A stretch of 64,000 bases of DNA, taken from NCBI GenBank assembly GCA_043228905.1, contig JBHGNT010000016.1:3844001-3908000 (forward strand). The letters run 5' to 3'. Made by a program: the position numbers and the translations under genes. The notes beneath the pieces are model-generated. The model saw only the letters and a list, made by a program, of their open reading frames with translations. It was not told the origin of the DNA and did not search any database. Of the stretch, positions 1-13,928 are shown piece by piece. This DNA is from Azolla caroliniana. Taxonomy: Eukaryota; Plantae; Polypodiophyta. The number at the start of each line of letters is the position of its first letter. Within the stretch, counting starts at the first letter, position 1.

Positions 1-17
1 TTATGATTATAACTAAC

Positions 18-3000
18 CTCTGCCAGCTTTAATTTTCCATTTTCCAATAGGTCCCTGGAATCTGCACACATTGGCACAGAGTGCTTCACAACCGCATGCA
101 GATCAAGAATGTCTGTTATCTGGAATGGAGATTCTGTATCGAAGTTATAGCTCCTCGCAGCCAATGTTATTCCAACCTGAGATCAAGGAGACAACTTATT
201 ACACTTGCTTTCATGTCTTTCAACAATTAAAAACTAACATTCCGACAGAAGGTACACCTTCTGGCACAAGTTCCGTATGGTTGATATTTTCCGTATTTTT
301 GTTAGAATGTCCTCTGGGAGTTCAAACTGCATGACATGTCCTTCAATACTATTAATACTTTATAACATTATGGAAGAAAGTGAAATATCTAAGGCTACGT
401 GATGATGGTGATGATGAACCTGATACTTGAACTTGACTCCTTCTCGTATGTCCTTCCAAACAAGAGTAGATGTGATGCATAAATATGTGGCGCCTTTTGA
501 AACAGATATGTTGTCACCCTAACAAAAAATTCAAATACTTTTGAGAAAAAAGAGATCTTATATTACCTGATGATTTACATATGCATATGCCATACAACAA
601 TCAGTTTAATCAATTGTTCATAGATCAGGTCTATGTACTGTGATGCTCTTTGAATTAGCATACTTTGTAGCACTCAAAATGGGTGCCCATTCTATGTATT
701 GTACTCACATAGGATGATAAGGAGGGGAGCTATATGGGAGGCAAGTTGGAAAATAAGAGAAAGGAGAACCCTTTGGGTTTCTGAAAACAGGTAACAAGTC
801 AATGTAGATACTGTGAGTTTAGGGTAGAATCAGTTCATATTACTGCTGGCCAACAAGGTACCCGGCCTGTGAACAGGAGTTCGGATGCAGTTGCAGTGGC
901 AATGACATGAGACAGTTCAATTCAATGCACAAACTAGACTTCAATTCATATTCTACTTTAATGTGGAATACACATAAAGATATTACAGCTTTAGCTGAGT
1001 AGACATCCAGCAGACAAGTGTTCCCTTGATGGATCAGCATTCCATTACCAAATCATGCTGAAGACATGCTTCCATCTGAATCCCCCACCCCTGGTTTCCT
1101 GTGACTATACCAAACCATTGCAGATTTTTCCGCATACCCAGTTTCCACAAACACAAGTGCAAGGAGACACATAGATGTATAACATTTGTATATATATGCC
1201 ATTTCCATCGACTACTATCAACTTACAGATACGGAAATTGAATTTTCCACAGATTTTTTGCCACCCTTGCTCTTTTTGCGTGCTTTTTCAGTTGTGGAAG
1301 GTTTTGCAGGAGTTTTCAGAACAGATGGCTCTGGAATCTTCTCAGGGCTAGTAGGGACATCATAACCGAGATAGCAGTTAAGAAAATGCGAAATAGCACC
1401 AGCAACATCATGATCTTGAGTTACTCTCAGAATTCCCTGAAAGTCAATTCATTGGAAAACTAACTAAAATGTTCATAAATATGAAAGACAGAACATGCAC
1501 GAAAGTCCTAACAATGAGAAAGTACCAGAACAAAAACCTTACCTTCAATACATGCTTTGCTGTTCGAGAAATCATCTCCACAACACATAAATCCCATACA
1601 TGTGGGAGATGCTTGGATAGATTTGCAACCTAAATGCCAGATAATTGGCAAGAAACAAATGATATCAATTAAAAACTGACCTAAAAGTATCTATCTGCTA
1701 AATACATTATTTCAGTCTTCAATACTTCAAGAATATACAACACAGCACTTACTTGCCCTAAATATCTCATGTTGATGCCATGAGCATGTAATGCTTCTGT
1801 CAAAGTCTGCCCATCCATCGGAGATACCTCTAAGCTATTTAAATCCTGAACAAACTTGGGAAGGACAGTTTCCACCAGAAATTTCCCTGCTTTTCTTACA
1901 GCTTCTTCATCAGCAACTATTTCCTACAGTTGCAAATATACCTGGTTAAAGTCTGGCTGTTCCCTCCACATACATATTTTATTTGTACAGCACGCACATA
2001 AACTGTCATTCAAAGTCAAAGACATGTTGCATTCAGGAAAGAATCAAACCTCAGGATCACCAGCAAGTTTAAAATCTGTGAGAACATTGGGATTCAGACA
2101 AATGGAAAGAAGTTCCTCCTGTGTCACACTTTTTCCTTCTACTTCATCTTTTGCATCGATTTTTAATTTCGCTTTCAGTAATGCCTCAGCCTGCAACAGC
2201 CGTCACGAAAAAGAACAAATTAGCAAAGGCAAAAGATACAAGTGAATGTATACATTTAAGAAACTCCTCACTTGACAAAATGCTGCTACGAGCTCTGGTC
2301 TCAAAACAGCATGTCGAAAAGCAGATCCTGTAAAATTGGCGTCTCTTGGAGTTGTCCGCATGAGATCTAGAATGTAATGCCTGAAAATTGCAAACAGCAT
2401 TTGGTAAAAATCAACTTAAACACGTGAAACTGGCCCAACAAACATGCAGAGAAACAAAACATAATATTTAATAACTTCCACCCACAATTAGGCGAAATAA
2501 CAGAGAGAATTCCATATATAACAACAGTTTACCTAACTTATTGCACCCATGTAGCTATGTGTTACCATTTCTAGAATAGACTTTGAATTGCAATGGCACA
2601 ACAACTTCCAAGAAGCACCAACTAACCACATGAGATGAATGGATAATCAGTTTGTGCTGCAACAGTTTTAATATGAGAACTAGCAAGAATGTCAGAGTAG
2701 TAAGCTGACTACACACCAAATGCCAACACAGGAGCAAAGCCAGACAATGAACATGGGACTTTGATGCATGATCATTGCACCTGCAATAAGTGTGATCTTT
2801 TGTTAGAATCTTGATCCCACCGGATAGTTACTCTGTTCAACCAACGATTAGGTTGAAGGGTGGCTCTAAGGTCACTTTTGATAGGTCATTCATCTAACAG
2901 ATTGGTAGGGCTATCTGCTGCTTGGCAGAAGCATACCCTATGATTATACCTTAGTCCTTAACGATTCACTAATTCTCCTGAACCTGATCACTCATGTGCA

Positions 3001-6000
3001 CCTATACTAATGCATATATGTGTGACAGACACACAGTACGCTTATTGTAATGACCCTACCGGTGGGTGTTCCGACCAACTTAATGTCTCACTCATAATAT
3101 CTCAATTCACATGCCCACGGGCAATCCTTTATGTACCATTTGACACTGAAAATAAGTAACAGAGTGACCACTATCAACATAATTATGCACATCAGTTTAA
3201 AAATTAATGAATGTGTGCAGAAGGAGATCAATGTTAATAACTGTATGAGAATGGCATCTTGCTGATCGATTAATATATTGGTTCCAATCCTTACAGAATA
3301 TGCAATGAAAGAGGCCATTAAACTGCATTGTGTATCTAATGCATCTAAAGGATACATCACTAACCTTGTTCACAAATTAGGAAGCACGATAATTATAATC
3401 TCCAATATCTATTTCATTTTATCATGCTGCAAATCAAATTAATTTCACAAAGACAATTGAGCCCATCTCCTCCAGAAAGTCAATGATGAGCAAAATAATC
3501 ACATCACATCCTTAAATAACTTGAGCAATTAAACAAGATATTTATTCTTAATTAACCTCTACCCACATACATCCTTAACTAACTTAATAAGAAATGAAAC
3601 AAGATATTTATTCTTAAGAAAGAAAGAAACTTATATTCAGACCTTTTCAGAGGCCAAAATGACCTACTAGACCGAACAAGAAATTACATCTTAAAATATT
3701 TTCTTGTCTTTGAGAACAACAAACCAAAAAAGTATAACTAAACGTAGGATACTAAAGAACCTGGATGTCTAAGAACTTATGATTCTAATTTAGATAGACC
3801 AAAACTTTTTCCTTTGAAAAAAATCTCCAACATGGGACCCTCCAAGATGGATGCACCTTTGGTACCAAGTGATAATGGCCGCAATAATGGTGCTGAGGAA
3901 ACGTAGGATACTGAAGAATCTGGATGTCGAAGAACCTATGATTCTAATTTAGATGGACCAAAACTTTTTCCTTTGAAAAATCGCCAACATGGAACCCTCC
4001 AAGATGGAGAGATCTCTCAATTGATGGATGCACATTTGGTGCCACGTGATAATGACTGTGATAATGGTGCTGAGGCCATGGTCCTGATGGTCACAGCATA
4101 TGACCATGGCACATTGCTATTCTCCAAACTATTGTAACTCCTTCCTAATGTTTTGGCTGAGATCCCACTTGTGTGGCCCTTGATTGATTTGTAGCAGGTG
4201 AAGGAGTGGTGTTGCTAAAGACAGTTGTGATTGTTCTCTGTTGATGAGTTGTAGTTGTAATGTTTTTCTTCAACTTCTGTATACCACCTTTTCCTCTTCC
4301 AAGAAAGGTTTTCACCTTGTTACCCATGCTTGAGTGGTAATAAACACCATCACTTTAGTTTTATCAAGGTTGACAGGCAAATCCTTCTCTATACAAACTG
4401 ACTTTAACGCATTTCAATGTCTTTATGGGCCCACGAAGAGTCGGAGATCAGCATGATATCATGGAAATATAGTAATGTTGGTATGTCTACCCCTGTTAAG
4501 CATGCTCCTGGACCATCTAATCTCTACGTAATTAGATGTCTGAGCTATAAAAAGACCAAAGAGAGTGAGTGATAGTGAGCATCCTTGTTTTACTCCAATT
4601 CTGCTGGCCATGATCTCTTACCTCTTAAGTGAAAAGCTTTCCTTGTCAGAAATGAGTTTCAACACAATAATTTTGGAGTGTTTTTTATATATCTAAATAC
4701 ATTCCAACGCTCTTAAAACGAATCCAGTACTCTTGCTAGCTAGCCAAAGAACCAAGATTGTGGACTTTTGTTGGCATTAATTCATAAAGTGCACAGATCC
4801 CTCATAACATATCCATTGGGACTCCTAGGGCTTCTAGGCATGCAGTACAATGTCAAAGGCTTTCTGGAAATCGATAGAGCAACAATGGATTCTACTACAA
4901 ATTTTTCTCCTCGACAACGGGGCCCAAATGGTAAATATGTGATCCAAAGTCGTGAGTCCTCTTGGAAACCTACCTGCCCAGAGCTCAGAACTCATACACT
5001 CAATTCTGACTCTAGGATCAAACCATATAATTTAGCCAAGTAATAGCCAATCATGATAGTCCTGTAATTGCTAGGTATCATGAGATCCCTGCTCTTGAAT
5101 ATCAGCACAATGTTATGTTCTTTCTAGCTATAAGGGAAGCCTTCACACAAAGCTCTATTAAAGATGTGTGCAAGAAGCGGGAGCAAGGTGCTAACAGCAC
5201 TATATAAAATGCTCACCAACCTATCCATCATGATCTTGGTCCATTCCAAATTGTAAACTATAATGGCATTTCTGAAATTTTGTGGAGCAAAAAGGTGGAC
5301 TTACATGGGCATGAGCCATTGGGGGGCTGCTCAGAACATCTAAAAATTCCTTTGCATGTTCGTGCTAAGCCTGAGATGAGATCAGGTGTGCTAGGCTGCA
5401 TCTCATTAAACAGTTTCCATGCTCTGTTTACTTTCAATTTGGTCAAATATGATCTCTTTTTCTTCCTCACAAGGCAATGGAAAACTGCTCTTGCTTGTTT
5501 ATATGTACAAATCCCCCTGTGAGTGGCTCTATCACATATAGGTGCATTGCTGACTATGATGTGCAGAAAGGCATTGATGGAGGCATAATGCAATGACTTT
5601 GACAAGCCTTGTGTGACTTCCTCTAGGGATGCAAAAGGATCCATATCAAGCATGCCTTTATACACTCCATAGGTATACACATCAATTGTTCCTTAGTAAA
5701 TTGGTATTTAACATCCCCAATCTTTTCTTAACATATACATCTTTTTGGAATCCATCCTTTAACTTAAATGGTAGGTATTGCATGACTTCCTGCCAAACCA
5801 ATACATCTACTGGAGAGAACGAAATCTGTTCGCCAGGGTAGAAAGGATGGGGATCCCTTCAATTAATCAACCGTGCTTGCACCTTCCTTGGGGTTCCAAC
5901 CTGCCAAAGCATCCGATCTTGGGAATTGTGACAAACTGTTGTACATCATGAACCTTTGTACACTACCAATGGCCAGAAAGTGTTTGACAACTTCTGCTAT

Positions 6001-9000
6001 GAATTCGTCATACATGGTCTTGCTTGTGCCAAACAAAGTTGTTTGTTCATCCTTAGTACATGCATTGACATTCTCTTATAATATTATATCCCCCATACTG
6101 GTGAATCTTACGAAATCATCATATAAAGATAAATACTGTGATTCTCCTAGCGATGCAAAACGTGACTAGGCAAGTAGAAAGTAGCAAAATGCAGCATTTA
6201 ACTCTCTAAAAACCCCCCATTTGAATTCATATCCACATATAGCATGCATTGGCATCCTTATGCACAATACACACTCTATCATGAAACTCATCTTTGTACA
6301 ACACAGCCATTCCACTGGAGCCTCTAGTGCTTCCTAGAATGTGTGGTTGGGGATAACATACTAACTCCCATCTATATCCTGTGCATTGGGGAGTTTATTG
6401 CCAGTGCATTGATGGGTCTCTGTATACATAGCAACATTTGTATGCTTGAAGAGATCTTTAGAAAACCCGAAATCTGTCCTAAGAGCCATTGCAATCCCAC
6501 ATAATCATGCAGAAGGCCTCATAGGCCATAATCCATCATGTGGTTTTCTTCTCTGTAATAATGACCCTACCATCTCTACAGGAAGCCCACTTTCCGTTCT
6601 TTGTTGCAGCAAGCAATTATGGCATGTTTTCTTTGTCATGACTCGTGTGCAATTTGAGCTAGCATGAGATCTTCAATGAATATGATTGGTAGCAAAATCC
6701 TGCCCTCCCTAAATACATTTTGATCACAATCCTATAGCATCTGAAACTACAGTGCTCATGGCCAATAAGCACCACATAACTTTCAAGAAGAATAGGCTCA
6801 CACTCTTCTGCAGAAATTCTAATTTCTCTCATACACTTTCAAGAATTTTTAGCCCATGTGAATGCCCAAACCTACTGCTAAGATTCTTATTTCTGAAATT
6901 TCTAAGGTTCTTAGGAGATTTCACCACACCACCTACTTTGGCTTCTGCAAAGAAATCACGAGTAAGCAATGAGTAAATAGTCCTAAAATTGCTGGTGAAA
7001 ATCCTAATTCAGAAACACAACTCCCTGAAACAACCCTAAATCAGAAAATCAGAGGAAAACCAGAAAGAGACCTTAATTTGCTGCCACAAGGTATGAAAAG
7101 GCCTGATAAATTTACAAATTTCTAAGAAGAAGTCTGGCACAAGCATGACAGTGAAGTTTATCTTTGAAATATTATCAGTTTTCTAAAGTAAGAATGATGG
7201 TGACATATCTTGCATCAGAATATAGCATATGATAAAATTTTAATCTAATTTTTCATGTATATTGCTCTCTATCAATAGTATCCTCCCTTCTTTTTTGTGG
7301 CCACCCAGTGCTACTCACAAACTGGGATACACGCTTTATTGCCTCTCTCTAAGGCATGATTCATGTCGACATGTTTAACTGCCCTAGAAGCCAACCTGAA
7401 GAGTATGCATACTAGACTTGGGGCCCAATATCTGATAACCTTTTTAGATTCCCTGAACTCAGCTTCTTCACACACCAATTCTATTGTAGAGAAACGATCT
7501 CTTGCGTTATTACAATTTACTCAACTATGCCCTTAATCTAAAGATTTTAATGCAATAATCTATTTTGGGATTAAAGGCCCTTAGGTTGCCCATACTAAAA
7601 TAGTCTGTTGTTTCTTATACAGTTTAATATTTTCTGATTTCTGTTGTACAATCTTGTTTTCAGAACCAAGCCCCTAAAAGAATATTTTGTACGCTGGATG
7701 GGAACCTTGGACAAGATTTTTCCATTCAGCAGTTAACAGGTATTTAAGAAGCCATGACTTGGCTGTCTCATCAGCATTTAAATCCCTTCTTCAAAAGCAT
7801 ATTCTATGTATCTTAAATAGATACACACATACACACACACGTAGACAGATAGATAGATAAATAAGTGCACTCCTATCTAAAACATATATCAGGTAGATGG
7901 GCTTTTGTTTTCCAGAACTTGGTAGATGGGCTTTTGTTTTGCAGAACTTCTTCTGCTTTCTTTAATCTCTCCTATGTATTAAACCCATAATTTCATGGTT
8001 TCTACATCTCTGCCTTTAGATATTTCAGAAAACTGTTGTTCTATCTTCACTTCTTTACATCATGTGACATCACAAATTTACAAAATAATAACACTTAATT
8101 TTATCTATAATAGATATGAAATTTTATAGATCAAAAGAAAGAGAATCAAACCTGTCATCACTACCAATTATGCCTTTGCATTCAACAGGAGCAGCCATCT
8201 TAATAACAGCACCAGATCCATCCAAGACTTCGTGTTCTTTAATGTGCAATAGTTTTCCAGCCTCAAGGACCTGCACATAAAACTTTAGATAAACCCAACA
8301 AAGGATAGGCAAGATTCCCTCACTTAAATGAAACACTACCTTAGCATGAAATTTATCATTCCAGAATATCTTCTTGCCATTATCTACCGAGCCATAAAGC
8401 AGCGATTCAGACTTATCACCCTGAAGTATTCCAGGGATTATGCTCTGCATCATTGAAATCGAGATCAATTATCATATAAACATACATACAACAAATATAC
8501 ATAAATATGTATAGATATATCGATATCATACATATCACCCAGACAGAACTCGTGCATGATGCATTATACCTGTGCAACGATTCTGTGACCTCTGTAGTCA
8601 ATAATGGCCATTGCTAATGTGTAAAGGCCTGCAATATCTGCATTGTTGTAGGCTTTTGTTCCCTTCAGATCATTATTGGCTGATGCATAGGTAGCTTGCT
8701 CATTCTCTGCTACTTGCAATGATGCATTTTCCTCTTGTGAAGAATCTAAGTCAGTTGTAATAGTACCATTTTTATCTTCCTCTACACTTTCTACACACTC
8801 ACTCACTTCGACAGAACTTGTCTGTGCTGAATTATCTGCTGATTCAGAAGCTTCTGTTTCATTACTTTCCTGTGCTAAGTCATTTGCTGATTTGGGACTC
8901 TTTTTTACGTCTACTTCATCAGGTTTCTTGGAACCTTGCTCATGAAGCTGCTGCATCAATGTAAAGTCGCCATCCATTGCAAAACTGAAAAATATATTGT

Positions 9001-12000
9001 TGTGCACATACCTAGGATAGCCACCAGTTTAAAGTTAAATTACAAATATAAATGTGGACAATTTCCCCCATGCACCTTACAATATTATTTCCTATAACAT
9101 TAGATCATAAATAATTTATCTCACAGCATATATACATTTGCACAAATTATATTTAAAATTTTGGGGCATTACATATGGAAACGCTCTGGGTCAGTCGGAT
9201 TGATAGGCGGAATACATCGACCTATGACCCCCTTTGCACCTTTTGATGCAGCATCCACAAAATCACAATTCACTTTATAAAGTGCCCGATCACGCATAAT
9301 TCTGAAAAAGGAAAATCATATATTAGAGAGGCCAATACATGATTCCCATATATAGATAGACTAATACCAATTACAAACAAACCTGTCTTGTAAACTCGTC
9401 CGTGGAAACTCACGACAAGATTGGAGCTCTTCATTCCAATCCCTTTGCATGCCAATAGTCTCTGTTCCATATGATGGAGTTAAGGCATCTTCTGCCCGGC
9501 CAACATCCCTTGTGTGTTCTAACATTGGAACAATTATCTCTGTCAACCTTCATGATACAGACATTTACACATTCGCAAGCTTGAAGTGAAGTGACAACAG
9601 GAGATAAGACTCACCAGGAGGGTAAGGTGCTAACCAAGGATTTACAGGCAACAAAGATGGCACATTTTCAAAGGGGTGTCCTTGGGACTTCCGTTCTAGA
9701 ACTTCCACAAAACCTTCACATAGCAATAAAGAAAGAGTTCACAGTCATTTTCAATAATATACATTATCCAATGCTTGGTCTTCAAATACATAAGTAGCAC
9801 AGCAGACATACCTTTCGAAAATTTCTCACTAAGCTGGTGTAGAAGTGCCACTAATGTTGCAGCTTCACGAAGAGGATGAGCTGGACGATGGTCCAAAATG
9901 GATCCCCCACTTGCATTCACAAAAAAACCTCTGGTATGAGCTGTTACACAACAGCTTCTACCTTCGAGAGTTACAACATCTAAGTAGATTAAGTCCCCAA
10001 GAAGCCTGCAAAACACGAGAGAACCCATCAAATAAAAATAGATTCTTCACATTTTCATTATCGCCACTTCCATGTTTTCAAGAGAAGGCAATGTACTGAA
10101 TATAATACCTCCGATATCCCGGGACAGGATTAAACGATGAGAATGCAATTTTTTCAATGCATCTGCTCTCCGATTGGCTTGGGGTCACAATAAGATTTTC
10201 CAGCTGCCTAGTTGGATCTTCCATGAATCCAAGACCTTCAAGTTCTGGTGCATCAGGCTTCACAACACCTTCAACATGTACAAATATGGGAAACACCATC
10301 ACTAAAATCACTATTGTGGTAGACTAGGACATAGATAAAGTTTATAGTTCACTTCATTCAAAATCATGTCAATCCAGGCATAAAATGAATCAAACTGCCA
10401 ATGATAAAGCATATTAGAACTGAGAAGCTAAAAAGCATCACAAACACGACAAATCTATTATGACTTTGTTTATTCAAGAGATATTCTTCGCATTTTTCAG
10501 ATTACGGATGTATGTGTATAAATCCGACCTTAAAAGCTAAAGAGCATCGCAAACACATCAAATCTATTATGACTTTGTTTATTCAAAAGATTTTCTTCAC
10601 ATTTTTCAGATTAAGAATGCACGTATATCACTGAGCTTAGCAAGTGTTGGTTCTATTGTTTAGCTTATTCATGTGTAAAGCACAACATTGAGTGCCTGGA
10701 TGATTCCTTGTTGGTCAGACAAAGTTAAACCTGTGACTTTAAAGAACTTTGTCATCAAGAAATATTCTGGCAGAGAAAGTGCAAAATCAATAAAGGCAAC
10801 AAGTTTTTTGGGTAGCTAGGACTCAAATTACCTAGTTTTCTATTTTTGACATAAATAACTGTGCATGCAGCTGGAATATTTTTCCATCTTTACTGCACAC
10901 TTTTTTCCATTATTCTTGACTAATTGTTAAATATCTCCTCAGATGATTAGCTACATTTCAAGTAAATAATTACATGCCATTTACCATAAAGACATACAGT
11001 TAGTAGGAAAACAAAATGGAAATTTTATAATAAAAGGAACCCACAAATTTTGAAAAATTTAAGCAATCTCCTGAACCTTTTAAAAGACAGCCCACATTTC
11101 AATATGAAAATTAACAATAAGGTTTCTGGCCACTGCTACCAGAATTCTTTTTGGAATCATTCTCCATTGCCAAAGTGGTAGAGAGAGATGAATGAATATT
11201 TGTTGTACAAAGAAGATCCCTTGTTCTTCGTAAGTGATTTCTAATAGACCTATCATCGTACAAAGCTGCAACATGAATGATGTTAATCAACTATGTGTAT
11301 TGGAAAATAAATAATTTAAATGCCAAAAAGACTCTGTAAACTTTTATACAGCTTGAAACAAAAGCAAAAGTGAAAATTACCGCTAATCATCTCCAAAGAA
11401 CAGCCACCCGTAGTCACATCAGCAACATCCCCAATCTCATAAAAATCAGCTAATTGATGCTTGGTTCCATCAGCTGCTGTCAGAATCAGATCATAGCTAG
11501 TGTAGAAACATGTCTCAGGAGCATCAAGTAGAAACTGACGAAGATCCATCACAGAGTCAACTGGATTCACCTGTAATATTGTAGTTACAAAATCAGGTAG
11601 AATTATCAGACAGGGAGCAATGCATTAAGGATGTTTGTTATCCATGCTTAATCATCATGATAGAAGAAGATGTTGACATAAATAATGCTCCAATTTCTGC
11701 TACCTAATGATAAGGAACACTAACAAACCTATTTTTAACCTAGGCATGGGTCGTATAGCAGTTTTAGTGGACTTCGCACAATCAAGGAAAGAAAAATAAA
11801 AATAACATGAGTAAACCTTGCATGGGTTATATTGCAGCTTCGATTGGATATAATCAGCATAACATTATAAGCAATCATGATGCATGTTACTATTTTCTAA
11901 AACAAAAAATCATAGAGTTAGCATTGTAACCTGCAAGTCAACTCGCTCTCCACATGGACCTTTCACGGTCATGGGATATAATCTCAGCTCCCCTGATGCA

Positions 12001-12403
12001 GAAAGAAAAGGTATGGGCATTGTTAAAGTATGAGCACAACTTGATGCATAATCAATAGATAAAGGTACTGAAGCTTACCCTCTGAAACTTCACCATTGCT
12101 AGTGGCATTATCAGACTTCACATCGGTGGAAGTGGATGCATCATCAGATTTAACATCAGAAGCAAGGGCATCACTATCAGCCTTCATATTGAAAGGAGTA
12201 TCAGCAGAAATAGGTATCTTTTCTTCAGGTCTATTCTCTGTAACTGAAGACTCTTCCTTGACTTTTGTATTCATGTCATTGCTTGTTTCCCCATGCAAAT
12301 TTTCCATCTCTTGCATCGCGTTATCATTTGTGACAGCTTTAGATGGATTTTCATTAGCGCCTGACTTCATTTTTGCTTTGCTTTTATTTGCTTTTGAAGC
12401 CAT
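18..12403 (-). CDS. FMT: Clustered mitochondria protein (CLU / FRIENDLY family), multi-exon; 3' TPR region lies beyond the left edge of the window
   Basis: GT-AG exons read on the minus strand: 12079-12403 (ATG MASKANKSK), 11931-11992, 11381-11570 (NPVDSVMDLRQFLLDAPETCFYTSYDL, CLU_N), ~11140-11265 (donor uncertain), 10109-10268, 9812-10005 (LLGDLIYLDVVTLEG), 9615-9713, 9383-9518 (GMQRDWNEELQSCRE), 9173-9301, 8570-9011 (NNDLKG...IIDYRGHRIVAQ), 8340-8444 (SIIPGIL), 8152-8270 (ECKGIIGSDDR), 2272-2380, 2050-2190, 1753-1923 (PMDGQTLTEALHAHGINMRYLG), 1543-1629, 1227-1436, 420-518, 258-326, 18-176. These are hallmark CLU-family motifs. Confidence 0.93.
3600..7100 (-). mobile_element. Degenerate non-LTR retrotransposon (LINE) inside the 5.8-kb CLU intron
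   Basis: Minus-strand remnants in LINE order: ORF1-like C-terminus (..GKWASCRDGRVIIT ~6560-6680), AP-endonuclease-like segments (ETHQ ~6410; NVNACTKDEQ...GASTVD ~5870-6075), linker ORF 5258-5680, and a 3' end finishing in a (TTTC)n tail at ~3615-3630. Many stops and frameshifts. Confidence 0.65.
3740..4075. repeat. Tandem duplication of ~160-175 bp within the LINE 3' region
   Basis: AACGTAGGATACT...ATAATGGTGCTGAGG occurs at 3740-3898 and again, diverged, at 3899-4075. Confidence 0.85.
10426..10612. repeat. Intronic direct duplication (~80 bp core, ~110 bp spacing)
   Basis: AGCTAAA-AGCATC-CAAACAC...AAATCTATTATGACTTTGTTTATTCAA...CATTTTTCAGATTA at ~10426 and ~10535. Confidence 0.8.
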
Positions 12404-13119
12404 GAAACAGAGGCTTTTTGTGACAAGGAGCTGCCCGCTCACCTCACACTACGTAGAAATAATATGTAAGAGACTAGAAACGAAATGCGAGGAAATGTGA
12501 ATCACAAGAGGAATTTGACAAAGCTGATCGAATTCTTGCCCAGATTCAAGAAAATGAAAGAGACATCAAAAGTTTACTGCGAATCTAAATAGACGTGAAG
12601 AAGTAAGGCAAACGAAAACACAATGGGGGATCATTAATCAAATAGATTTCCTGCCTAATTTCTGTGAGATACGTAAGACCAAAAAAAAGCTACTCAAAAT
12701 TATAGAAACAGACAAATGAAGCGGATGCAAAACTTAACCACTTCAAATTCTTGTCCAAAGTTCACTGTTCACTACATGCAGAAAAAGCATAAAAAGACTG
12801 GTCTAAATCATAGAAAGAAAAGAAGTAAAAATGCAAGTTTTAACCAAGTCCAAAATCTTGCATAAATTTGAGGGATAGATAGCGCATAGAAATACTGTTC
12901 TAAATCACAGACAGAATCTTGAAGAAGAACAAAAGAAAACTGCGTAATTTAACCATGCTGAGCTCTAGATACAGAGTTGAAGGCAGTGCTGCAAAACATA
13001 GAGACAATAGAAAGAAAAAGAAAGGGATTGCAAAATTCAATTACCTCTATTTCTTGCGGAAATTTCAAGACATAGAGAGAGAGAGAGGCCTAAAACATTG
13101 ATCAAAAACTTTCCCTCTA

Positions 13120-13121
<2 letters not shown>

Positions 13122-13185
<64 letters not shown>

Positions 13186-13479
13186 TCTATTTCCAACACA
13201 GAATTTTGCAGGCATACCTGAAGAGACGAAAGGATCAGCTAAAACATCGGGGAAATGAGGTCGGAGAAAGGGATTCAATGCAAATTTCCGAAGCCTCTTC
13301 TCCTACCAGGGAGAGTGGTACGGCTTTCTTTCTTCTCTTCCCTCCTCCACCTTCTTCTGATTCTGAAGAAGCCCGTAAGAAGATGAAGATGAAGATGAAG
13401 ATGAAACCTTCCTGCAACTCTATCCTAATCTACTTACGTAGCCTATTTCTCTGTCTTCTTCAGCTTCCTCTTTTGGCTC

Positions 13480-13530
<51 letters not shown>

Positions 13531-13878
13531 CCTGCCTTCATTTATCTTTTTGAGATGACACCATATTACCCCCACCCTTTTCTCTTTGCTTTTTGCTTTT
13601 TTGCTTTTGTGCTTTTGTGCTTTTTTGCTTTTTGCTTTTGTGTCTTCTCTTTCTTTTTCTTCACCCTTTTCTCTTTGTTTGTTTTGCTTTTGTTACTTCT
13701 CGTTCTTTTCTTTCACCCCTTTGTCTCTTTGTTTTTGCTTTTGTTTCTTCTCTTTCTTTTCCTTCACCCTTCACCCTTTTTCTCTTTGTTTTGGCTTTTT
13801 TGCTTTTTGCTTTTGTTTCTTCTTCTTCTTTTTGCTCTATCATGGAAGGGGAGGCCCTCATCTATTCTGCCTTGCCGG

Positions 13879-13925
<47 letters not shown>
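13122..13925. repeat. Compound microsatellite block around the CLU 5' UTR exon and promoter: (CT)n(CA)n, (GAAGAT)n, (GT)n, degenerate (TTTTGC)n, (CT)n
   Basis: Directly visible. A putative non-coding first exon of CLU ends at a minus-strand donor CAG|GTATG at 13218/13217. Confidence 0.9.

Positions 13926-13928
<3 letters not shown>

Noticed and set aside
2801-3080. Possible solo LTR (TGTTAG start, inverted CCCACCGG/CCGGTGGG)
   Set aside because: No TSD or second copy in the window; boundaries not supportable.
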